Positions 43,506 to 62,423 of a stretch of DNA of 64,000 nt are shown piece after piece. Below the pieces are notes generated by a model. That model saw only the letters and a list, made by a program, of their open reading frames with translations, was not told where the DNA came from and searched no databases. The position numbers and the translations under genes are program-made. The DNA is from Takakia lepidozioides (Eukaryota > Plantae > Bryophyta). Numbering within the stretch: position 1 is the stretch's first letter; every line of letters starts with the position of its first letter. The stretch spans positions 75,330,001 through 75,394,000 of the forward strand of contig CM060731.1 in NCBI GenBank assembly GCA_030704615.1. The letters are read 5' to 3'.

Positions 43506-44902
43506 TTACGTTTTTTCATGAATTTATTGAGTAGTAATATATCCAATCATTATTGGTATATCTCCCGTCGAGGCTCCAATAATTATCCCAGGAAAGCCCA
43601 TTTTGCTATTTTTCGCGAATTTCCAGCAACCAAAAGTACTTGAAATTCGACATCACCAACACCGCAGGTCCAAAAATCATGAGACCAAGCCGGTGCACCC
43701 CTCCTCATTGAGGGCTTTCCAACGGTACCTGCAAGCATAGGGCTGGGCCTTGCAGTTTGGGACATCTCAAGCTATAAAACAAAATAAAACAAACAAACAA
43801 ACAAACAAACGTCTCGCTTCATATATTGATTTCATTTCTTTTGTTGGCTCTTTTGTAGAGAGAGACTTTGCAACATGTTGAAATCAATGGAGAAAATGTG
43901 GTCAAAGGACCTTACACCGTGTCAAGGCTCCAATTGGTCTGTTGTGCTCAGTCGTGCCCCTTACTCTCACCTTCCTCTTATGTTTTGCCAAAGCAAGAGA
44001 GCCCCATCGCCGTTTAGGCTCGTTTTGTTTTCTTGACATGGGTATTCAATTTAAATGTTATAGCCCTTCTAACTATTAATTTTGATAAAACCATCAAACA
44101 GAAATCAATGATTTTCCCCAATTCTGAAACCCTCCTAAATAGGGAATCGGGGGTAGGAGGGGCTGGGGAGGATTTGACAAGGGGGCAGCCGGAGGAACCC
44201 ACCTTACCTGAATCCGGCGAGAGCACAGTCAGATCGCACACGTGCATTATAGTTTTTATATTATTCCTATTTTTTCCTACTATTTATGACTTTTCGTCAG
44301 ATGGCTTGTGATTTCTACATGCTGCTGACGAGCTACATCCAATCAGAGCTCGGCACGATCAATACTGGAAGGCCCTACATGACATCATGTATTAGGTGAT
44401 GGCCGCTGGGTGGACCCGGCGATCCGCAGGGCCACCAGCAGGTCACCAAACGTGATGGGGAATGTTCCTGACCAATCATTAGGGCTGGGATCCCAGGTGG
44501 CACTGTCGGAGCCATTTTCCAGCCAGGAAAGGCTTGCCACGTGGAAAAGTCCCTTGACACGTGAAGGGGTAAACCCTTTGAAGCGTTGGGTGACAGGTGT
44601 AAGGCGACCCTGTCCGATTACGGCGGGTCGGCCCTGGCGCGGATCGAAAAGGGTCGAGCTGTCCATCATGTTGGGTTGCGTCTCTGCCCATCGCCCACGT
44701 GGCAATAAGAAAGTGGCTATACAACAGGTGGCACTTTGTCACAGGCCCACGATGGGACTTTTTTTGCGAATTTTGCATAATTCCTTTGCACACGTAAGTT
44801 AGCTCACTTGTTTCCAGTAGCTGATCGTGAAGACTTGAAGGGAATTGTTGAGCGGGAACTGAGAATGTAAGGCGAGGACCGCGAGAGAGAGAGAGAGAGA
44901 GA

Positions 44903-50247
<5,345 letters not shown>

Positions 50248-50915
50248 GAGACTCAGATATGAAAGATAAAGGGAGTAGGTATTTAATTTGTAAAGAAGGG
50301 GATGTTGGGTGGCAATTCGAGTCACTCCAGGCAGGTGTCCACCGGTTATATTGTCTATTGGTAGCCAAAACCGTAGCTCAAGTTGGTAGCCTGAAAGTAT
50401 TTCAGTCAAAATTGCCAGAGGAGCAAAGCTTTGCTGTATAGTTAGCCCAGTGGTAACGGCATCAACAGCTTCACCAGTTGTAGTGGGTTCAAACCAGTGT
50501 TGTGCGGATCCTGCCTTTTTAAGGAACCCGCTGAGTCCGGGTTCGGGTTTTTTTTTTCGAGCCCAGTCCGTGTCTAGATGTGTTTTTGAAATTTGGAAAA
50601 TTTGGGTCCGGGTTTGTAAACATAGACTCGGGTTAGGGTCTGGGTAGTTGTTTGGAAATATTAGAGAGTTCACGAGTTTGGATCCGGATCCTAATTAATT
50701 CATTAAATAAAATAGAAAAATAAGTTTAATGAAGGATAAATTTATTTTTGGCTGGAAAAAAATTTAAATCTTAATAATGAATTTTATTTTAAGAGATATT
50801 TCTTCAAAATAATATCATGAATATGTATCGTTCATTTAACACAACAATTAAAATAAAAGTTTAAGTTCCATTTTCCATTCTTCAATATCAAGTTACGGGG
50901 CAAAGCCCCTTTTTC

Positions 50916-52727
50916 GAGTGTTGAGCGGTTCTCTAGTTTTGGATAGAACTTGCAAGGTAGATTCTATCTTGTGGAAAGTAAATAGAGAACCTCCGGGGCA
51001 AATACGAAAAAACATGGACAGTTAGAGAACCTGCGATGTAGGGTATGTCTCCAAGTTTCATTGTCACGGGTATGTTTTATACTGGTTCTTTAATGCAATT
51101 ATCCGCCAAATCTAGTGCTCGGGTATATGGGTAGAGAACTGTATAGAGAACCGAGAGATGACCCGGTTCCGGGTCCCGGTTCTGAGTTCAAAAGTTATTA
51201 TGGACAGAATAAATAAAAAATGTGCATGTATGAGATGGCCACAATTGTCAATAATTAAGCTCATTTTCTAGCACAACTAACACTAAGATTGCACTGCTGG
51301 CAGGTTGGCATTCAGTTCTAGCATTTTCACTACCCTTCTAGGCTTCCATACTAACCTTAGACAACCTTAGATAAACGCCCTTATACCCAGGGTATGTGTC
51401 GGGTGCAGCTACCCTTACCCTCCCCTCTCATTCCAACTTGTAGGTCAGGTTCTTATGGATACTATCGCACTTTGTGCTTTCCAGCCGTGTAAGCCTTTTC
51501 TAGTTGTCGAATATGTTGCATCTCTACGACCCGCGAGTACCTTACTTCGGCTGAACCTTATAAGGAGCCTATTTATGACTGACTCAGGCAGGGTTGGGTC
51601 TGTCTTCTGAAATCCAATTAGTCTCTGTTATACCTACCAGAAGAACCGATTACGGACCAAGTCGTTACCCGTTGGCTTGGCGAATGCTGTCGTTCAGTAG
51701 CTCTAGCTATTAGAGAACCCCCGGTTCGGTGAAGTTCACGGGTAAATAGATTTTGGTATCCGCCGGTTCAATCTTCACTAGGGTATTTGAAATTTTAATA
51801 CCCGAGGTTAACCCCTAATGGGACGAGGCAATTTTTGGTGGGCCCCTCCAAAACAGGACATACCCTCACGGATGAGGGTATATCTCTCAGGAAACTAACA
51901 TCCACAGGGATGAACCGTATGAATGGGAGGTTACCTACTTCATCCAGCTTCTGTGAAAATTTCAGCTCATTCCACCGTGTCGTTTAGAAGATTATAAGAA
52001 ATTAGCCCAAAATTTGGGGTACACTCCAAATTTAGAGTGGAAAAATGGTTTGACCAGGAAATTGGATCGACAAAATATTTTTTCCTCGCAAGATCCCATC
52101 CAAATTCCAATTATGTGACACCTAAAGCATGTTGCCCCAAAATTTCAAAGTAGAATTCTAAAATCTTGATAAGGTTGCTTTGTATGGAAAAACAGGGGGG
52201 TCAAAAATACACCATGAAGCTCAAATGACATGTAATTCAGGCTTAGGGGGTCGAAATTTCCTTGGAATCACAATTGTTGTAGTGAAAGTGTTCCTTGAAT
52301 GATGAACTACTACCTCCGAAAAGAAATTCAAAATTCTAATAAAAATTCAGGCAGAGATTTGCATTTGTTTCCATTTGTACTTTTGTCTTGTTGTAACCCC
52401 TTCAACCTGCCACATCACTAAGTCAAACCTGCTAGACGACCAATTTTGGGCACCCTTGCACACTAAAAACATTTACCGAAGACAGGGCTTTCATTATTTT
52501 AGGATGCCATAAAGATGGGCAGGTGCATGACATCAAGGTGCACAACTTTCGTTCAGAAAGTTTTTTCATCCAAGGTCATCCAACGATTTGCCATCGTGGA
52601 TGATTTCTGACGTGACCCTGACACGACCCGAAACGGGTCGCCTCGTCCATTAGGGGTTAAGGGGGCATATACCCAGGTCCGGAACCGGCGGTTCTTTCAC
52701 CCAAAACCAGAGAACCGCCCAACACTG
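50916..52727. mobile_element. Non-autonomous hAT-like element (middle)
   Basis: TIR GAGTGTTGAGCGGTTCTCTAGTTTTGG / CCAAAACCAGAGAACCGCCCAACACTG; 8-bp TSD CCTTTTTC (50908-50915, 52728-52735). Confidence 0.9.
51812..52656. mobile_element. Non-autonomous piggyBac-like element, copy 4 (845 bp)
   Basis: TTAA (51808-51811) CCCCTAATGGGACGAGGC ... GCCTCGTCCATTAGGGG TTAA (52657-52660); subterminal palindrome CGACCCGAAACGGGTCG. Confidence 0.92.
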
Positions 52728-53548
52728 CCTTTTTCCTCCTTATGGATTCCCTCGTGAGGTTATTTTTTCCTCGCTACCTTATGTAATCCGCTTTTTTGAG
52801 TAAATTTTCCAGGGCCTTAGTTCCCTGTTCATTCCTGTTTCCCTATATATATATAGCAATTCTTTAAACATGTTAAGAATACTAATATGCCTCGAGGCTC
52901 ATAGATCACTATAGCATGGATGTGTGGAATCTGGCCTAATAATATGTTTTAAATTGTTAGCACATGGCAAGCTGGGGCTTTGAAGCTTGTAATTCAGTGG
53001 TCTGGACTGCTTGTGCTCTGCAATTCCTCTCGTGAACGCTAGCAGATCTTAATCCACTGAGTGGTGTCACCAAGTTGTGCCCTATGGGAACATAATTTAC
53101 ACCTCCCAAAGGAGGCGTCACACCGCTTTTGAGGTGGTATGTGGCCATTACCACTGGGCTACAGCTTGGTGGGGGCTGCGGCCTATTGCTGCTCGTCCCC
53201 TCCACACATACGACAAAATTTACCAAATCTAACGTGGACCCACATGCCCTATCTCATATTAAGGACCCTGACCTGCTACATTGGCCCGTGGGTAGCGGGT
53301 TTAACGGGTTCTGGACCCAGCAGGCGGGTCCGGGTCCAGTTCGGGCTTCATTTTAGAAATGAACCCGGGTCAGGGTCCGGGTTTTTGGTGATACCACAGG
53401 TAACCCGGATCCTACGGTTCGGGGTTCATTTTAGAAACCCGGGTCAAGGTCCGGGTTTTTGGTGATACCACGGGTACGGGTAACCCGGATCCTAACCCGC
53501 CGGGTACCCGCGTTCAGAACCCGGACCCACACAACACCGGTTCAAACT

Positions 53549-54020
53549 GAGGTTGGGTAGCGTGTGAGCATGCTCACGTGAGCACAAGCGAATATTAAGG
53601 ATATTCCCTAGATGTCTTTTAAATATTCTCCGGCAAAACTAAAATTGAGAAACTAAAAACTTTGCGAAACTTTTTTTAACTGTTCACATAGGCCCTCACA
53701 GCATCACTTAAGAAACAAGTAACACCTATACACGATAAACATGTTATCCTATAGGCGTGGGGTTTCCTCACGTTATGCGAACCGGATACCCTAGAAAATC
53801 CCAGAAAAACAAAAATCGTGGTTTTCAGTCTGGGTATCAGCAGTTTAAGCCCTAGAAAGTTATTTTCGCACTGTGAAAATAAATCTGAAGGTACTCATAT
53901 GCACCGTGCCTATTAACATGTAATTCCTATGACCGCGGTTTGAAAATATTTAACCCCTATGACCGCGGGTTGCGCTCACGTGAGCATGCTCAACGCTATG
54001 CTCACATGATACCAACCCCC
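53549..54020. mobile_element. MITE with 9-bp TSD (Mutator-type)
   Basis: TSD GTTCAAACT (53540-53548, 54021-54029); ends GAGGTTGGGTAG.. / ..TACCAACCCCC; inverted GAGCATGCTCACGTGAGC subterminal blocks. Confidence 0.75.
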
Positions 54021-56409
54021 GTTCAAACTGGGTGGATGTCATGATCATGACCTTCCGACTGCGGTAGCCCTTGGGGTCAAGTGCCACCATTATTTATGCT
54101 TGCTTCAGCAGTGTATCCACATTTTTTAAGTTGTAGATTGTGCATCTATGACTATCATGAGGGACAACCAATTTGTAGCCCAGTTCTAATGGGCATATAC
54201 GATCACGGAAGTGGTCGTGAGTTCAATCCACCAATTGGTTCGCAAGAGAGTCCACCTTCCCGAGGGAAGGCAGTAGCCCATGGGGAGACACCATAATTTG
54301 CAGTTCCTTTCGAGAGGTGTCATACTTTTCTTAAGAGGTTGGGTAGTGTGAGCATGATGGCATATTTTATCTTCTTGAGATTCCTAAAGAAAATGCCTCC
54401 ACAAAGCGAAAATGTGTTCATTGGAGTGCATATAGGTTTTATAAGTGTATAACTGTACCAAGCCATTTATCATGGTGGCACAGTAGCACCCTGTACACGC
54501 ACCAGTGCCCTCTATCCGCTAACGACTTCTATTTGTTTGTAAACATAAAACCCCCATGACCTATCCTCACACAAGAGCAATATGAAAATAAGTTGGACTG
54601 CTCAACTTGCTCATGTTGTGACTGAATGAAAAATAAACGCATATCCCATGACAATAAGGGGCCTAGGATTGAAGGGGGGTGCGAGTAGAGAGATTGTTGT
54701 TGTTGCATAGTAAGAGATTTTTTAATTAGATGATGGTTCAAGTTCCAGATTTTTATTTTCTAAGGGGGCCTACTTGCAGAGCCTACCAAAGGGAGGCGGA
54801 AGAAAGATAATAAAATGTATACGCCTTACCTCATTATATAGTCTTTGGAGGCGGTGGTGGAGCCTTCTAGAAGGAGGGCCACCGCCTCATCCCGCTGCCT
54901 CATCCCCCTACTTATGGAAAGCTCTAAAAGTACAAGGAGGGCGTAGAGTATCTCCGCATGTCTTGGGCCCATCGCCCATCCCATGCCGTATTAAAAAAAT
55001 TGTACAGCTGTCTACCTCCCATCAACCCTCCTACTTCTGCGCTAGCCTAGGCGTATAGGTGTCTGCACCTTGTGGAGCCATTTCCCTCCTCTCCAAGCCT
55101 CCCGCGGCCCCACTGATTGGCTCTTCCCACATTGTCGGGTTGCCTGACCTTCCCAAAGTGGCCAAATGAATTGGGTACATAGTGTCCGGTATTGACAAAG
55201 TCTAATGTTCGTGTGCTGATGTGAAATAAGTTGTTATTAAAAAAAAATCATTGCAATGAGTGAATTTTGAACTAGCCTGAGAAGCAAATTTGAAGTTACA
55301 ATAATTATTGGAAGTAAATATAAATAAAACTCTATTTGGTAATGTTTATGGTAGGAGGACGGCCATATCATGCACTAAATAATCCCGGAGGACCACTCCA
55401 GGGCTCCCATTATATCTGATAATTACCTCACTTCATGGAGAGAGAGCTCCTGGATGAAATGATCGTCTTCCCGCAATTATACAAGCAGGATAAAATGAGC
55501 GTCCTCCTAGATGACGCGCAACGATTAAGAGCGTTATTCCATGTGGGAGGAGCTCGGCCCGCAAACGAGCAATTGCTTAGCGTTTGGAGAAATAACAGAG
55601 TCCCCTCGAGCGTTTCCACAATCTTGTGTAGCTCGGCGTTTGGGTGTTCATTTTGGACTTAAGCGTGACGTGGTAGAGGATACCACCTAGTAACCAGTTG
55701 AACACATTTTGGCGCAAAGGAGTTGTAAACAACCTTCAGAGTTCGTCTTAGACTACCAACAATGTATAAGAGCCTGGTTGCGATGGCTGAAGGTTGGCGC
55801 CTGCACAACGATGAGGGTGTCAGTGAATCACAATATTATGTAGAAGAATTTGTAGGCTATGGAATGCCACAAGGGTTGGATCAAACAAGGAAAATGAACA
55901 TTGCCTGAGACGATGACATTGGTGGAGTGCAAACAACTATAGACTAGAAAAAACATGTCAGTACTGGAGCAAACAGACGAGCTTTGATGGCCATGGTTGT
56001 CAAAAGGTGGGCAGTCATGGAGGACGAGATGGTGAAGTGTGGAGTGTTACGATCCAGAAATCAATGTTAGGAAAAGTGGGGGCAACTAGCATATGATTTC
56101 AAAAAGGTGTTTGCTTATAAAAGATGTGTTCCCTCTGGCCGTCAGAGCTACTTTCAGATAAGTCCTCAAGAGAGGAATGAGAGCAGAGGGCCCGAATTTT
56201 CCAAAAGCCATGCTTGATGAGACAGTGTACAACCGACTGTGCGAATGGTTTCCTCTGAAATCACAAGCTGTTGATCCGGGCAACCTATCCATTGACACAT
56301 GATCAAGGAGACCATCAAGTAGAGGTGCATTCATCTTCAACCTAGTTTTAATTAAGCTTCAATGCAAGTTTAGGAAGTTTCTACTACGTAAACACCTTCA
56401 ACTTCGTCT

Positions 56410-58740
56410 CATGATGTCCAATTCAGGGGTGCCTTGACATTATAGAATGCTAACAAGAAGTATGACATACATATCAATCATGTTAGGCTTCACATTTATT
56501 TCCATAGTTTTAGATGGCCCCCATCAGTGATGGTGTCATTTTGTACAAGTTCCGGGGGTGTTTTTTTCTTGAATACCTTCACTGGTGGTTCTACTTGTCC
56601 AATTTAGGACTACCATAGCATTATGGATTGTTAACAAGTAATATGATGCACCTATCAATGTCTTTTAGGGTTCAGATTCTTTGCAAGAGCTTCAGTTGGC
56701 CCCTATCAGAGAATATATCATTTCAGTTTTGGGGCTGCTTACTCCTTGAACACCTTATGAATGGTGGCTGTAATTGTCCAATTCTGGTGAGCCATGACAT
56801 TGTACATTTCTAACAGGGCTTCTGAATTTTTTCAAGAGTGTTACATGGCTCCCTTCAGAGATCATGTCATTTCTGTAACTTTTGGGGCTGCTTCCTTCTT
56901 GAACACCTTGAATGGTATCTGTACTTGTCCAATTCTGGTATGCCAAAGCATCATGGATTGCTAACTCAATGCATCTATCAATGCATTTTAGGCTTCTGAA
57001 TTTTTTCAAGAGTTTTACATGGCCTCCTTCAGAAATCATGCTATTTCTGTAACTTTCGGGGTTGCTTCCTCCTTGAACACCTTGAATGGTGGCTTTACTT
57101 GTCCAATTCTGGTGTGTCATCGCAGGATGGATTGCTAACAACTAGCATGATACACCTATCAAAACCTTTTAGGCTTCTGAATTTTCAAGAGTTCATCCAT
57201 GGCCCCTCCAACGATGATGTTGTTTTTGTTATAAGTTTTCGGAGCTGCTTCCTCCTTGAACACTTTGAATGGTGGCTGTAGAGAGATGACTCCGGTCGAA
57301 ACCGACGTAACTAAGAGCCACTTCGCCTCGCGCCTATTGCCCCCTTTCGGGGGTGGGCCCTATGAAACTAGAGGGTGCCCGGGGGGCACCCAACAACCAA
57401 AGGAGAAAGGGTACCCTGAGTACCTAAGAGATAGTGGATAGACCGGATTCAAGCTGCCTTTTGTTAGTGATAATAGCAGTGAGAAAGAGAGCGTATCGCC
57501 GTCAGATGGATTGCTTTAAAATATTTGTGTATGGGGGGAAAAGGGATTTTGAGGTAAATTTCGTGAAGAACAAAGATGCTGGCATTGTGGATGTTGCCTC
57601 TGGTGCCGGCAGTAATGACAGTTAGGGGGCCTGTGGATTAGCCACGTCGGCGTATTGCGAGGATGAGCGGGGCGTATTTTTGACGTTTTTCTAGAGTGGA
57701 AGAGCCGGGGTAGCGGTCATTACAGTATGTGAATTTGATAAAGTGAATGGTGAGGTTTGGGGATGGGGTGTTAGGCGGTGGTGCGTTTATGGGCAGCCCA
57801 TGCACTAGTAGAATGTCCAGACAGAGTCTGGCGGGGCATGTACAGGATGGGGGTGATCGGCAGGAGCATGGCAGTAGCCATGAGGGTACAGTGTGGTCAG
57901 GGGGCCTGCCTTGGTAGGTTCTAACATTGATGGATGAGAACCAGTGTGTTTCAGGCTGTCATAAGAGAAGTTTATGGATGTGCCAGACGACATGGTTGTG
58001 TCGAGTAATACGAAGGCCATAAATGACAGGATGTGTGCATTGGCTAAGCAGATAAAGCCAAGTGTCACCGGTTGAATGGGTGTTAGCACAGAGCAGACAA
58101 TTTGGGGAGGGAAAAAGGTGGGGCCAGAAGGTGTGTTTCCGCTGGTGTACAATGCATATCTGAGGATTGTGTCCATTTTTGGATGTGTACTTTAGTGTGG
58201 CTAGCAGAAGTTGAGGCTTGCTTGCTAGTTTCTCGGGTAAGGGAGATAATGAGGTTTCGGATAGGACGAGGTTCCGGGGGGCCAGGAACGAGGTGGGTGA
58301 ACCAGAATGGATGGGCATGGGCAACATGGATGGAGTCTAGAGTGGGATCCACCGGGGGCCGGGTGGCCCCGCGTTGGGCAAAGAGGTCAGCCATTTCGTT
58401 GCCAGTGATACCAGTGTGCTGTATTTGTCTAATTCTGGTGTGCCATGGCATTATGGATTTCTAACAACTAGAATGATGCACCTATCAATGCCTTTTAGGC
58501 TTTTGATTTTTTTTTCAAAATGTTAGATGGCCCTTTCTAGCGATGATGTTGTTTCTGTAGTTTCGGGGTTGCTTCTTCCTTGGACACCTCGAATAGGGGC
58601 TGTACTTGTCCAATTCTGGTGTGCCATGGCATAATGGATTTCAAACAACTAGTATGAGGAACATACCAGGGCTCTTTAGGGTTTAGATTTTTTTTTCATA
58701 ATTTCAGATGACACCCCTCCAATCATGATGTCATTTCTGT
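56410..58740. repeat. ~180-bp tandem repeat (~7 units) interrupted by a LINE
   Basis: GTC(C/T)AATT anchors at 56416, 56597, 56776, 56927, 57101, 58427, 58608. Confidence 0.9.
57281..58417 (-). mobile_element. 5'-truncated non-LTR retrotransposon with RNase H and Cys-rich C-terminus
   Basis: HTGITGNEMADLFAQRG (RNase H C-terminal motif); CLLC...DTWLYLLSQC...RHNHVVWHI; TC-repeat tail; flanking GCTGTA (57275-57280, 58418-58423). Confidence 0.8.
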
Positions 58741-59779
58741 GGTTCCTGTCCATTTTAAACTTGAGGACGTTAGGTAGTTTCGTATGAGGGCTTTTCAATT
58801 ATACCAATGTTTGGGATTGTCACGTCTAGGTGCTCCCGTGGACCAAGAGGGTCAATCTTCAGAGGAGATGGGAGATGATACGTCCACCGATGTCCACAAT
58901 ACCAAAAATCAGCGATTATCTGGAAAAATTGTTGAATGAGCTATTTATGCAATGGAGAAAAACAGAAAGGAGATGGTGGTTGCAATGGCAACCGAGCAAG
59001 ATCGGGAGGATGCTCGCCATCAAAAGGCAATGGAAAATTGGAGAAAGAACGACTGCTCAAAAGGACATTCGCCATCGGAAAGCTTGGAAGTTGGAAAAAG
59101 AACGACTAGTGTAGAACTTCGAACTAGGTCGAGGCTACATAACAGCTCTATGGAGTATTGGGGAGGAGCCAGAAACCATTGGGGACGTAATAAAAAAGCC
59201 TAGCAAGTGAAATCAATGAAGTAGTTTCCAATCTATGATACGGATTGGGAGTACCATAGAGGCCGCTCTATTTCGATGGACCCCTGCCGGAAAAATTACA
59301 ATGCAGGTCGCCAGGTTTGGCAGGCTTAATGACAATATTAATTTTTTCGTCCAACCTTCATCCATTTTTTCTGGAATTCGACACCCCCGGGTACTTTTCA
59401 TTAAATTAGGTGGGCCATGTCATGATGCACGTACAGTTGACATTCTCTGTCGCAAGTCATAGTTATGATTAGCCATATCTCTCTCTGGCAAGCCATAATC
59501 ATGGTTAGTGCTAAACGCTGCATTTTTAATAGGTAGGTCTCAAACTTGACGTTTAGGAGTTCACTATCGTATTTTTGTTGCAGTCGGCAGTTGCCACCTT
59601 TTCTTTCAAAGTTCATTTTTTTAAATGAAGATTATTCCAATATTTCATCTATTCCCAGGACAAAAAATTTAAATATTCGTCCTCTCTTAAAATGAATTAA
59701 TTAACGTCGGAATAGAGCGACCTCTACGGTACTCACATATGTATGAACACATGTTTGAATTTGAATTGGAAAAACTTAT

Positions 59780-60650
59780 TGATGGAAACATATTCCATCC
59801 AAGAGATACAAATGTTGGCAATGGTCATCTGCAATCGTTGTGCTTCATCTATAGGTGTTACACGAGAGCATTGTTGGTGGTAACCCTCATCATGATGACC
59901 CCACATGACATTAATGGACTTATCTATGTCTTGCCTCATGTCTATGATGATGTTGTGAAGGATACAACAAGCCACAATCAAACTAGGGACCTTGGCCAAC
60001 TCAAGGTTACTCATGGGAATTTTTAGTAGATGCCACATTCCCTTCAAAATACCTAATGCACGTTCAACTACCATTCTGGTGGAAGAATGTTTGTAACTAA
60101 ACTGATTATAAATCATTGGAAGGTTTTGACCAGGCTAGGCAACAAGCATGTGTGCTCTACCAGTATATCCATCATGTCCAATGATGATTTCTTTGACCTA
60201 AACACCTTCCACTTCTCTCCATTGTCCATTCAACCATTGTCCATTAGAAACAAGTTGAAAATGGGTAGAGCGGCTAACGACCCGAGCATCATGGGCAGAA
60301 AACTTGTAAAAACATTTGTGAATCTGACTTCTGCATCGATAATTCCATAAAGAATCAAACTGTAATTGTGGTCTCGATCAAAATAGTCAGATGTCCGTAT
60401 GTTCATAAGGCGCTCTAATGGTATATGTGAGTACAGTTAATAACACCTGCACCTGGCCTTGGGGAATGTCGTGCCAGTTTTTAAACCCAACCTTCACACA
60501 AGTCAATTTCTCATCCTCAGGCCAATGTTGACAGGCTCAAGTAAAGATTTGATGAACCTTCCACAAACCTTGGCACATGTTGATTCAACAACCCCAAACA
60601 TTTCTCCTATTGTCATGAAAGAATCTCCTGTAGTAAGGCGTCTTAAAGAC
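59780..60650 (-). pseudogene. PIF/Harbinger DDE transposase relic
   Basis: LRRLTTGDSFMTIGEMFGVVESTC; HSSTRMVVERALGILKGMWHLL; IVACCILHN. Confidence 0.88.
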
Positions 60651-62352
60651 GGTTTGATTAAGATGCAGAGCTCGAGATACTTGATGGGTACTTGGTGATT
60701 AATATAGGAAGCAGAGGGCGGAGACAAATCTGAGTATGTTTCCCAACAGTACATCGCTCGGACCTTGATGGTGGTGGCCACTTTCGCATCATATTGAGCG
60801 ATACCATGAATCACAAACATAAGGCAACCTATGCATCTTTGATCGCAACAAGTGCTACGATTGATATAGCCATGCAATTGGTCACCGCACAAAATGTCAA
60901 GGAGAGATAATTAGTCTCTCATATTTCCAGATTGAAGAGGAGAAGCAGTAGAGAAAATGTGGATCCATTGTTGAGCGTATTTCATCACAGTGGACGTTCC
61001 TAATTCAAGCAACTGTGTGACCCCTTCCTCCAATTGAGGATCTACCCCTGGAGGTTTCTTGTAACTACCAATCCACAGTGACTCGGTGATTCTCTTTTGC
61101 TTGAAGTTTAAAGATCTATTCAGGCCTTCGAAGTTCGTCTGGATAGCAGATATGACATCTATTGTATTTACAAGTACAAGACTAGGTAATAGCAGATCTG
61201 ACATCTATCATATTTCCAAAGTACAAGACTAAGTAATTGATCTCAGTGTACTTGAAAAGGTGAAAACGTGAGGAGATCTTCTTCTAAAAAAAAAGATTAT
61301 AAAAAATAAAAAATAAAATAAAAATAAAAACTGTGCTTCATTAGGAAAAAATAAAAGAGAAAAAGGAAAACACTACTAGCAATGATGCAATTGTGCAATG
61401 TGACTGTACCTTAGCCAGTTATTAGCAGTGTCAGCGGCTAGTCCGCGACCCTGTCAAATACTCCCCATTGTCTTACCCGGACTCACTATTAATTTATCTA
61501 GAATGCTGCTAGTTGTTGTGTAGCGGACAATGGGGCTTTGCACGTTAGCACCCTAGTGTTTGAGTATTTAATTATCTAAAAAGTGTGGTTCGGCAGCCAT
61601 TTTGAAATGTATTAAGATTTCAGAACTTTCATTATATTGTCGAAAAAACCACCTGTCATAAGCATGCTGCAATTGCAGCGTAGTGACTAGTATTCTGCAT
61701 TGGTTGGGCGGTTCAAATCTACATAATTATAGGAATTCCGGGTAATGGGAGCTTTCCGTCTTTGCGGCAGTCCATTTTCTCGATTAATAAGTGTCGGAGT
61801 GCATAGCCTCCTACTGTGGTCTGCTAGTAAGGCGATGGTGATGGAAGTTGTGAGGTGTTGGGTCCGTCAAATTTCCTGACACCAAGTAGGAGTTACACCA
61901 ATTGGAGTGACACTCCCTTCCATGTCGCCGTGGTGTTACTTCGCTTACTAGTTTCACACACACTACTACGCTGAGGTCAACCCAGCTTGTGTCATATGAG
62001 ATGCCCCTCTTTGCCCGGTGGTGGGAAAGATTGTGACAGGACCCAAAATCAGATCGACCTGGAGCCATTCCACAATGGCCCTTTTTGCCCCGCATGTGGC
62101 TGAAAATGTGCCGAGACACACATACGAATTAATAAATAAATTTGCCTCCCAGTCGAAGCGCGCCCCTCCTCAAGCCATTCCACAATGTTCATTTAAAAAT
62201 AGAGTTTCAGAAACATACTTGTCCTGGCTACAAAAAGACCGTAACATAATAAACAAATGAAAAATTGTCCTGGTTTTGGCACAATCCGGTTCCCGAGAAG
62301 GAATCGAGTGGAATAAAAATAGAGAAATTGAGAAGGAATAAAAGTAGAAATG

Positions 62353-62423
62353 TGCACTGGCCGGGAATCGAACCCGGGTCTGTACCGTGGCAGGGTACTA
62401 TTCTACCACTAGACCACCAGTGC
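62353..62423 (-). tRNA. tRNA-Gly(GCC)
   Basis: GCACTGGTGGTCTAGTGGTAGAATAGTACCCTGCCACGGTACAGACCCGGGTTCGATTCCCGGCCAGTGCA: complete cloverleaf, A/B boxes, downstream T-run. Confidence 0.97.

Larger units (their letters stand above)
50495..53539. mobile_element. Non-autonomous hAT-like element (outer)
   Basis: TIR CAGTGTTGTGCGGATCC / GGACCCACACAACACCG; 8-bp TSD GTTCAAAC (50487-50494, 53540-53547); CCGGG/GGGTCC subterminal repeats. Confidence 0.9.
55860..59203 (+). pseudogene. PIF/Harbinger Myb/SANT (trihelix-like) DNA-binding protein relic
   Basis: KRWAVMEDEMVKCGVLRSRNQC*EKWGQLAYDFKKVFAY..GRQSYFQ at ~56000-56290. A probable coiled-coil second exon lies at ~58830-59200. Confidence 0.65.

Noticed and set aside
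53950-53970. TTAACCCCTA as a fifth piggyBac end
   Set aside because: Part of a local tandem duplication inside a MITE; no partner end and no family-internal similarity.
57300-57365. Hammerhead or HDV-like ribozyme
   Set aside because: Junction-like layout, but no CUGANGA core and no evident HDV pseudoknots; reported only as a structured motif.
60680-61204. Minus-strand open frames upstream of the Harbinger transposase
   Set aside because: No recognisable motif; cannot be assigned without a search.
61371-61530. CACTA terminus (CACTACTAG)
   Set aside because: No convincing partner TIR or 3-bp TSD.
62250-62352. Dicistronic tRNA-Gly-snoRNA
   Set aside because: A T-run follows the tRNA within ~15 nt and no C/D boxes are seen.
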